Positions 56,994-64,000 of a DNA stretch of 64,000 bases are shown in pieces. The translations under genes and the position numbers were made by a program. The notes under the pieces were generated by a model. It was not told the DNA's origin and did not search any database. It saw nothing but the letters and a program-made list of their open reading frames with translations. Every line of letters starts with the position of its first letter. Positions within the stretch are counted from its first letter, which is position 1. Source of the DNA: Armatimonadota bacterium (GTDB taxonomy: Bacteria > Armatimonadota > SYMT01); assembly GCA_041690135.1 (NCBI GenBank), contig JAWLHY010000002.1, positions 320,001-384,000 on the forward strand, in the 5' to 3' direction.

Positions 56994-57227
56994 GGTGTTC
57001 GGGTGTTCGGGTGTTCGGGTGTTCGGGTGTTCGGGCGTTCGAGCGTCCAGCCACTGCTCACGCTCATTATCAGCCTATGGATACGATCGTCATGGCGAGG
57101 AGCGAGAGACCGGAAGCAACTTCTCCGCGTCTGATGAGCCCCGCGCCGAAGCACCCAGCTACCAGAACCAGAACCCGCAAGCGACGTGGCCATCCCCCTG
57201 GTCAGGGAAGTCGCTTTTACACGGACC
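56994..57227 (-). repeat. ~200-bp dispersed element, copy 2, with (GTGTTCGG)n array
   Basis: Inverted relative to 48008-48203; about 6 octamer copies at 56994-57046. Confidence 0.8.
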
Positions 57228-57306
57228 GCCAGCCCCTGGATCAAGGCAATCATCCTTACCCGGCACTCTCTATCCTTATCCATTCCGCCCTCTGGTCAGG
57301 GCGGCT

Positions 57307-58854
57307 TCAATCGCCACTGGTGCGGAGGCGGAGCCCGCGGGGGACCACCATCCGGTCCAGCAGGTCGAAAGCTCCCTGAACGGCAAGGGCGAGGAGCGCT
57401 GCGGGGACGGCCCCCTGGAGGATGAGCTGGTCGTTCAGGGTCTGGAGGCCGCGCAGGATCGGCTCACCGAGACCGCCCGCCCCGATGAAGGCGGCGAGGG
57501 TGGCGGTTCCCACGTTGATGACGGCGCTCGTCTTCAGGCCCGCCATGATCGCCGGGGAAGCCATCGGCAGCTCGATCCGGAGCAGGCGGGTGGCGGGGGC
57601 TAATCCCAGGGCCTCGGCGGCTTCGGCAAGGTTGGGTGGGATGGTGGTGAGGCCGACGTAGGTGTTGCGGACGATCGGCAGCAGGCTGTAGAGGAAGAGC
57701 GCCACCAGCGCCGGCCCCACCCCGATTCGGCCGAGGAGCGCGATGAGGAACGCCAGCAGCGCCAGGGAAGGAATGGTCTGGAGGAGGCCCGCCGTCGAGA
57801 GGATCAACGCACTCAGGAGGCGGCTGCGGGCGGCCGCGATGCCAAGCGGAATTCCCACCAGCGCCGCCGCGGCGAGGGAGATGCCCACCAGTTGCAGGTG
57901 GCGGAGCGTGTGGCCGAGCACGGCTCCGGCGCCGGACGCCACGGGTGCCGGTGGTACGGCGAGATCGGCAGCCTCCCGTAACAGGGTCGCCGCGGCCTGT
58001 TCCTCCGGGCGCTTCTCCAGGACCACCTGCGCGTTGGCCGCGATCATCTCCGGCTCTTCGATTTGCCCCACCAGCCGCTGCATTGCCGCCCAGGCCCGCA
58101 GGTTCCGTGCGGGGAGGTCGAGGCGGTAGAGCAGGACAGCGTCGTAGCGCGGAAAGAACTCGCGGTCGTCCTCCAGCAGCCGGGGCTGGACCTCCGCGAT
58201 CTGGGCGTCCGTCGTGTAGACGTCCATCACGTCGATCTGCCCGTTCTGTAGGGCATGGTAGGCCAGGTCGTGCTGGATGCCCCGCACGTCGGTCATCCGC
58301 AGCCCATAATGCTGGGAAAGGCTGGGCCAGCCGTCTTTCCGCTCCAGGAACTCGTGGGTCAGCGCCACCCGGAGCTCCGGGTGCTTCGCCAGGTCCGAGA
58401 TCTTCTCCAGCCCCAGCCGGCGGGCGGTCTCCGGGTTCACGGCCAGGGCATAGCCGTTGTTGAAGCCAAGCGAGTCGCTGATCCCCAGACCCTCCGCGGC
58501 CAGGCGGGAGCGCATCTCTGCCAGCGACGGTCGCCCCGGCAGCTTCAGGATCGCCTCGGCAATCGTCCCGGTGTACTCGGGATAGACGTCGATACTGCCG
58601 GATTTCAGCGCGGCGTAGACGATGTCGGTGCCGCCGAGGTTGCGCGCGTGCTTCGCCTCGGCCCCCGCGGAGCGGGCGATCTGGGTCAGCGCCTCCCCCA
58701 GGACCCACGACTCCGCGAACGCCTTGGAACCCACCGCAACGGTCCCGTCCTGCGCCCGGGCCGGCACCATGCCTGCCAGGGAGACGACCAGCAGCAGCAG
58801 CCACTTCCAGGCCCACTGACCCGGGCGGATCCCAGGTTCAACCAGGTACTGCAT
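57307..58854 (-). CDS. Osmoprotectant-type ABC transporter, fused substrate-binding + permease (EgtU/OsmF-like)
   Basis: GSK.F.ES, YPEYTGT, NNGYAL, DDREFFPRY; permease QTIPSLALL, EAAEALG, IGAGGLG. Confidence 0.88.
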   Translation of the reverse strand: MQYLVEPGIRPGQWAWKWLLLLVVSLAGMVPARAQDGTVAVGSKAFAESWVLGEALTQIARSAGAEAKHARNLGGTDIVYAALKSGSIDVYPEYTGTIAEAILKLPGRPSLAEMRSRLAAEGLGISDSLGFNNGYALAVNPETARRLGLEKISDLAKHPELRVALTHEFLERKDGWPSLSQHYGLRMTDVRGIQHDLAYHALQNGQIDVMDVYTTDAQIAEVQPRLLEDDREFFPRYDAVLLYRLDLPARNLRAWAAMQRLVGQIEEPEMIAANAQVVLEKRPEEQAAATLLREAADLAVPPAPVASGAGAVLGHTLRHLQLVGISLAAAALVGIPLGIAAARSRLLSALILSTAGLLQTIPSLALLAFLIALLGRIGVGPALVALFLYSLLPIVRNTYVGLTTIPPNLAEAAEALGLAPATRLLRIELPMASPAIMAGLKTSAVINVGTATLAAFIGAGGLGEPILRGLQTLNDQLILQGAVPAALLALAVQGAFDLLDRMVVPRGLRLRTSGD

Positions 58855-58884
58855 GGGGCAATCCTCAAACGATGGGCCAGGCCT

Positions 58885-59631
58885 TCACTCTGGCCAGGCG
58901 GTCCGGTGCGCGGAGATGAACTCGGTGACGTAGGGATCGGCGGGGTGGTCCCGGAGTTCCCGCAGCGTGCCGCTCTGGAGAATCCGGCCGTCCCGCATCA
59001 CGCTGATGGTTCCGGCCAGGAACGCCGCCTCGCCCAGGTCGTGGGTCACCAGAAGCACCGTCTTACCCAGGCGCTGGAAGATCTCCTTCAGGTCCGCCTG
59101 CAGCCGCGCGCGGATGAGCGGGTCGAGCGCCCCGAGCGGCTCGTCCATCAGCAGGAGGGGTGGGTCCAGCATCAGGGCGCGCATCAGGCCGACTCGCTGG
59201 CGCTGTCCGCCGCTGAGTTGAAGAGGGTAACGCGCCAGGCCGTCCGAGGGAAAATGGACCAGGGCCGCCAGCTCGGCGAGGCGCTCATCGATGCGGTACG
59301 GGTCCCAGCGGAGCTGGCGTGCTACCAGCGTGACGTTCTGTTCCGCCGTGAGGTGCGGGAAGAGGCCGCCGTCCTGGATCACGTAGCCGATGCGGTGCCG
59401 CAACTTGATCTGCCGGTGCGGCGCCCCCGCGGCGGTTACCGGCTGGCCGTCGATGGCGACCTCCCCGGAATCGGGAGGGAGGAGGCCCATCACGATGCGG
59501 AGGAGCGTGCTCTTTCCGCAGCCGCTCTGACCGACCAGGGCATGCGTGGCGCCGGTCGGAACCTCCAGCCGGTCCACGTCAAGCACGCGGCGGTCGCCAT
59601 AGGATCGGATCAGGTTACGGAGGCTCAACAT
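58885..59631 (-). CDS. ABC transporter ATP-binding protein (OpuA/EgtV-like)
   Basis: GQSGCGKST, IGYVIQDGGLFPH, LSGGQRQR, DEPLGALD. Confidence 0.9.
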   Translation of the reverse strand: MLSLRNLIRSYGDRRVLDVDRLEVPTGATHALVGQSGCGKSTLLRIVMGLLPPDSGEVAIDGQPVTAAGAPHRQIKLRHRIGYVIQDGGLFPHLTAEQNVTLVARQLRWDPYRIDERLAELAALVHFPSDGLARYPLQLSGGQRQRVGLMRALMLDPPLLLMDEPLGALDPLIRARLQADLKEIFQRLGKTVLLVTHDLGEAAFLAGTISVMRDGRILQSGTLRELRDHPADPYVTEFISAHRTAWPE

Positions 59632-59735
59632 ACGGGTAAGAAAGGCGGGCTTGCCTGGACGTAGACACGGCCCTCGTTGGAACATCGTCTGACTGGCCCA
59701 CCCACTCGAGCGGGTGCGGTTTGGGCCCACCATCT

Positions 59736-60719
59736 ATGCTAACTGATCTGACTCCTTCTCTTCTCGATACCGAATTCCTGGCCGCGGTGCATGCCGGGCT
59801 CGCAGCCGATCCGAAGACCCTTCCCTGCCGTTACTTCTACGATCGTGAGGGATCGCTGCTGTTCGAGGAGATCTGCGGTCTTCCCGAATACTACCTGACC
59901 CGGACCGAAGACCGCATTCTTCGCGAGCGTGCAAGTGAGATCGCCGCGTGCCTTCCGTCGCCGGTGGAAGTCATCGAGCTGGGCAGCGGCAGCTCCCGCA
60001 AGACGCGACGCCTGCTGGAAGCGGTGCTGCGTCGCCAGCCGGAGCTGCGCTACACCCCCGTCGATATCTCCGCGAGCATGCTCCGCGAGACGGCCATCGC
60101 CCTGCGGGAAACGTACCCCCGGCTGACCGTCTCTCCCCTGGCCGCCGAGTACGGGGAGGCACTGGCCCAATTGCGCGCCCACTCCGGCAGCTCCCGGCTG
60201 ATCCTCTTTCTCGGTAGCAACCTCGGTAACTTCGATCCGGAAGAGAGCACCCGGTTTCTGCGCGGAATCCGGGGACTGATGCGCGAGGGCGACCACGCGC
60301 TGATCGGTCTGGACCTGCAGAAGGACCGCACGGTGTTGGAAGCGGCCTACGATGACTCCCAGGGCGTCACCGCGGCCTTCAACCGCAACCTCCTGCGGCG
60401 GATCAACCGGGAGTTGGGTGGCGACTTCGATCTCTCGGCCTTCCGCCACGGGGCGCACTACCACGCGGAAGCGGGTCGGGTGGAGATGCACCTGGTGAGC
60501 ACGCGACCGCAGGAAATCCGGGTCCAGGACCGTCGCTACTCTTTCCGGGAAGGGGAAACGATCCACACCGAGAACTCGTACAAGTTCACGCTTCCGGGCA
60601 TCCGGTCCCTGGCCGCCCGCGCCGGTCTCCACCTCGCCCGGACCTGGACCGATGAACTGGAGTGGTTCAGCGTGAACTTGCTGGAAGCCTGGCAGGTTCA
60701 CGGTCATTCAATGGCGTAA
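59736..60719 (+). CDS. egtD: L-histidine N-alpha-methyltransferase
   Basis: PK.LP..YFYD..GS.LFE.I..LPEYY.TRTE, ELGSG..RKT, AYDDSQGVTAAFN.N, IHTENSYKF. Confidence 0.92.
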   Translation: MLTDLTPSLLDTEFLAAVHAGLAADPKTLPCRYFYDREGSLLFEEICGLPEYYLTRTEDRILRERASEIAACLPSPVEVIELGSGSSRKTRRLLEAVLRRQPELRYTPVDISASMLRETAIALRETYPRLTVSPLAAEYGEALAQLRAHSGSSRLILFLGSNLGNFDPEESTRFLRGIRGLMREGDHALIGLDLQKDRTVLEAAYDDSQGVTAAFNRNLLRRINRELGGDFDLSAFRHGAHYHAEAGRVEMHLVSTRPQEIRVQDRRYSFREGETIHTENSYKFTLPGIRSLAARAGLHLARTWTDELEWFSVNLLEAWQVHGHSMA

Positions 60720-60816
60720 CTGTCTTTGCGGGAGAACCCGACAGACAGCACCTCCTGGCGTCTACCACGACCGGCCCTGGTTCCGTGCCGCGCTCCTCCA
60801 GCAGGAAAGATAGAAA

Positions 60817-61446
60817 ATGAATAGATGCAAACTTGCGGTTCTTATACCGATTCTCGGCTTGTTGTGCCTTCCGGCCCTCGGAGCCGAGCAGCGGGCCAGG
60901 ACAACTGACGGGCGTGAGGTCATCCTGCGTGACGATGGTACGTGGGTCTACGCCGAACAGGCGAAAGGAAGCAACCTCCAGCATGCCAAGAACGCGGTGC
61001 TCCAGTACAAGGGCAAGCACGAGACGTTCGCCCTCTACCTTCCTCCCAACCTATGGAAGGTCAAGCCCGGAGCCAACGAAGAACTCGAGGTCTCATTCCA
61101 GCACAAGGACGGTGATGCCTTCGCGATGGTGATCGCCGAACGGATCGCCATCCCCATCGAGGCCCTGAAGAAGGTAGTTCTCGATAACTTGAAGGAAGCC
61201 GCCGCGGATGCGGCGATCGTCAAGGAAGAGAAGCGAAAGGTCAACGGCACAGATGGGCTCTGCCTGACCATGAAGGCGACGGTAGAAGGGATCCCTTTCA
61301 CTTACTACGGCTACTACTATTCCGGTCCCGCCGGATCCATCCAGGTAATCACCGTTACGGGGCAGAACCTGTTCGAGGAATTCAAACCGGATCTGGAAAA
61401 GTTCCTGAACGGATTCGTGGTGTTGAAGAAGGCTCCTGCCAGGTGA
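60817..61446 (+). CDS. Secreted hypothetical protein (DUF3157-like N-terminus)
   Basis: Signal peptide; TTDGREVILRDDGTWVY; Lys-rich compared with neighbours. Confidence 0.7.
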   Translation: MNRCKLAVLIPILGLLCLPALGAEQRARTTDGREVILRDDGTWVYAEQAKGSNLQHAKNAVLQYKGKHETFALYLPPNLWKVKPGANEELEVSFQHKDGDAFAMVIAERIAIPIEALKKVVLDNLKEAAADAAIVKEEKRKVNGTDGLCLTMKATVEGIPFTYYGYYYSGPAGSIQVITVTGQNLFEEFKPDLEKFLNGFVVLKKAPAR

Positions 61447-62723
61447 GGAGCCGAGCGGAGCCGGAAGCCAGGCGGTGGTTTTTAGAAGTCCGGACCCGGA
61501 GCGAGGCGCTGGCCCGGCCGCTGGAGATCGAGGACTACGGGCTTCAGTCGATGCCGGACGCCAGCCCGCCGAAGTGGCACCTGGCGCACACCACGTGGCT
61601 CTTCGAAACTTTCCTGCTCCAGCCCTTCCTGCCCGGCTACCGGCCCTTCCACCCGCAGTTCGGCTACCTGTTCAACTCCTACTACGAGGCGGTGGGCGCC
61701 CGGCACCCGCGACCCCAGCGGGGACTGCTCTCCCGCCCCACGGTGCGCGAAGTCTACGCCTACCGGTCGCACGTCGATGCGGAGATGCAGCGGCTGCTGG
61801 AGAGCCCCGGATCCGCCTGGACGGAGTTTGAGCCGCTGCTGACCCTGGGCCTCCATCACGAGCAGCAGCACCAGGAACTGTTTCTCACGGACCTGAAGCA
61901 CGGGTTCTCCGTCAATCCCCTTCGCCCCGCCTATGCCGCCGGTCGTCCCGACGCGCCGGCGGGATCCACCCCCCTTGCCTGGGTTCCGTTCTCCGGTGGC
62001 GTTCACGAGATTGGCTTCCCCGCCGCACAAGAGGGCGAGTTCTGCTTCGACAACGAGACGCCGAGGCACCGGGTCTATCTTCAGGACTACCGCCTCGCCT
62101 CCCGGCTGGTGACCTGCGGTGAGTACCGCCAGTTCATGGTGGATGGCGGCTACCGTCGCCCGGAGTGGTGGCTCTCGGAGGGCTGGCGCACCGTCCAGGA
62201 GCGGGGCTGGACCGCCCCCCTCTATTGGGAAGAGCGGGACGGCGAGTACCGGCAGATGACCCTCCACGGCATGCGGCCGGTCGACCCGGACGAGCCCGTC
62301 TGCCACGTGAGCTACTTCGAGGCCGATGCCTTCGCCCGGTGGGCCGGGAAGCGCCTCCCCACGGAGGCGGAGTGGGAACACGCCGCGGAGTCCCTCTCGC
62401 CGCTGGGTCCGACGGAGGGCAACTTCGTGGAGAGCGGTCATTTCCATCCGGTACCGGCCGGCGCGGAGGGGGAGGGTTTGCGACAGTTTTTCGGGGACGT
62501 GTGGGAGTGGACCGCCAGCCCCTACGTTCCCTATCCCGGCTTCCGACCGGCGACCGGCGCCGTGGGGGAGTACAACGGCAAGTTCATGTGCAACCAGTTC
62601 GTGCTGCGCGGCGGCTCCTGCGCCACTCCCCGCTCCCATATTCGCGCCACCTACCGCAACTTCTTCCCCCCGGACGCCCGCTGGCAGTTCACGGGCCTTC
62701 GCCTGGCCGACGATGTGGGCTAA
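61443..62723 (+). CDS. egtB: Ergothioneine biosynthesis sulfoxide synthase
   Basis: SPPKWHLAHTTW.FE, FNSYY, HHEQQHQE, FGE-sulfatase fold (RLPTEAEWE, YNGKFM..Q.VLRGGS, RWQF.G.RLA). Confidence 0.92.
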   Translation: MRSRAEPEARRWFLEVRTRSEALARPLEIEDYGLQSMPDASPPKWHLAHTTWLFETFLLQPFLPGYRPFHPQFGYLFNSYYEAVGARHPRPQRGLLSRPTVREVYAYRSHVDAEMQRLLESPGSAWTEFEPLLTLGLHHEQQHQELFLTDLKHGFSVNPLRPAYAAGRPDAPAGSTPLAWVPFSGGVHEIGFPAAQEGEFCFDNETPRHRVYLQDYRLASRLVTCGEYRQFMVDGGYRRPEWWLSEGWRTVQERGWTAPLYWEERDGEYRQMTLHGMRPVDPDEPVCHVSYFEADAFARWAGKRLPTEAEWEHAAESLSPLGPTEGNFVESGHFHPVPAGAEGEGLRQFFGDVWEWTASPYVPYPGFRPATGAVGEYNGKFMCNQFVLRGGSCATPRSHIRATYRNFFPPDARWQFTGLRLADDVG

Positions 62724-62762
62724 CACGCCACAACCTTTCTAAATCCCCTTTATTAAAGCCTG

Positions 62763-62791
62763 TTGACGAAGCCCTCTATCCGTCTTACACT
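62763..62791 (+). promoter_or_regulatory. Sigma70-type promoter TTGACG-N17-TACACT
   Basis: Near-consensus boxes with a 17-nt spacer upstream of the ROK gene. Confidence 0.6.
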
Positions 62792-62896
62792 TGGCGTAAG
62801 GGCCGCGCACGTTCGGGCGTACAGTCGCAAGGTGAACGGCAATCCTCGCGGCTACGGACCGGCCAGAACACCTGAATACCCGAATACCTGACTCCC

Positions 62897-64000
62897 GTGA
62901 CCCAACTCTCCGTCGTCCAACCCAGCCTGCTTAGCCGCATCAACGAGCGCCAGGTCCTGCGCACCATCCAGGCCTGTGGGCCGCTCTCGCGCGCGGAAGT
63001 GGCCCGGCACTCCGGCATCAGCGCCCCAACAGCTTCCAAAGCAGTAGAAGCGCTCCTGCGGGCCGGTTTCCTGGAAGAAGGGGAAGCCGTGGAACTGGCG
63101 CGCGGCCGGCCTGCGAAGAAGCTCCGCCTCGCCAACCGGACGGCCCAGGTCCTGGGGCTGGTCATCGACGCGGGGACGAGCCGGCTCGTGGCGGCCGGGC
63201 TCGACGGCAAGCTGCACGAAGAGCGGACCGTGGAGTTCGCCACGCCGGAGACCTACGACGCGCTGATCGCCACGGCCACAGAGATTGCGGGGCCGCTGGT
63301 ACAGCGATCGGGTGTCGCCACACTCGGCCTGGCAGTCTCCATGCCGGGCCAGATCGACTACCGTCAACAGGCCGGTGTCCTCTCTCCCAACCTTCCCCTC
63401 ACCAACGGGCGCACGCCTGGGCTGGATCTCTCTGAGCGGCTGGGGATCGACTGCATCCTGATCCAGGAGTCCCACGCGCTCTGCCTGGCGGAGCGGTACT
63501 ACGGCGAGGCCCGGGGCATCGATGATTTCGCCATGCTGGATGTGGCGACCGGCGTCGGTCTCGGCGTGATGAGTGGGGGACGCCTGTTGACCGGGCATAG
63601 TGGCCTGGCCGGAGAGATCGGGCATACCACCGTGGATCTGGACGGCCGTCCCTGCGGCTGTGGAAACCGGGGCTGCCTGGAAACCGTTGCCTGTGACTCG
63701 GCACTGGCCCGGGCCGTATCTCAACGTGTCGGCCGCCGGCTCAGCTTCGAGGAGTTGCTTGCGGGAGTCCAGAGTGGTGAACTGACCATCACGGAGGAGC
63801 TGGATCGCACGGTCCGCTACCTGGGGGTCGCGCTGGCGGCGGTGCTCAACCTGTTCAACCCGTCCACCCTCTTCGTGCACGGAAGGCTGTTCGGGCTGGA
63901 CGACGAACTGTTTTCCCGGGTGGTGGAGGAAGCCCGCCTCCGGACGCTGCCGCCTTCCTTCGCGGACTGCCGGATCATCCAGGCCCGTGGCAGTAAGCGG
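62897..64000 (+). CDS. ROK family transcriptional repressor (runs off the window end)
   Basis: Read by hand from GTG 62897: INERQVLRTI...SRAEVARHSGIS.PT.S HTH, RGRP, GEIGH...GRPCGCGNRGCLE. Absent from the ORF track because it is truncated. Confidence 0.85.
   Translation, partial: MTQLSVVQPSLLSRINERQVLRTIQACGPLSRAEVARHSGISAPTASKAVEALLRAGFLEEGEAVELARGRPAKKLRLANRTAQVLGLVIDAGTSRLVAAGLDGKLHEERTVEFATPETYDALIATATEIAGPLVQRSGVATLGLAVSMPGQIDYRQQAGVLSPNLPLTNGRTPGLDLSERLGIDCILIQESHALCLAERYYGEARGIDDFAMLDVATGVGLGVMSGGRLLTGHSGLAGEIGHTTVDLDGRPCGCGNRGCLETVACDSALARAVSQRVGRRLSFEELLAGVQSGELTITEELDRTVRYLGVALAAVLNLFNPSTLFVHGRLFGLDDELFSRVVEEARLRTLPPSFADCRIIQARGSKR

Noticed and set aside
59736-62723. Selenoneine or ovothiol cluster
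   Set aside because: No SenB/SelD genes and no C-terminal methyltransferase on the sulfoxide synthase; motifs fit ordinary EgtB with EgtD.
62852-63880. 342-aa minus-strand ORF
   Set aside because: Shadow of the plus-strand ROK repressor that runs off the window end.

Overview
High-GC bacterial chromosomal segment (roughly 65-70% GC by eye). The gene content (stalk/copper-amine-oxidase-N domains, DUF1559-type H-X9-DG tail, DUF1501, DUF1080) suggests Armatimonadota or a similar soil lineage; this is an inference. It holds about 55 protein genes and one tRNA-Pro(TGG). I saw no prophage, integrase, transposase or CRISPR-Cas. Recognisable genes include thrC, a LarA-like protein plus gluconolactonase, a Tat-exported SOD, Mn-catalase, two multi-sensor histidine kinases, MscS, an XdhC/MocA pair, an AlkA/Ogg-type glycosylase, an orphan zinc anti-sigma factor, and egtD/egtB beside a divergent osmoprotectant-type (EgtUV-like) ABC transporter. 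The two most notable signals are non-coding. (1) A GTTT-N16-GGGNA promoter-like motif sits in front of many unlinked stress genes, pointing to a SigB/SigF-type general stress regulon that includes an uncharacterised GH1 + membrane-protein operon. (2) Very short 21-nt and 19-nt modules are inserted into REP-like palindromes, with filled and empty alleles both present in this window, suggesting minimal mobile elements nested inside other repeats.
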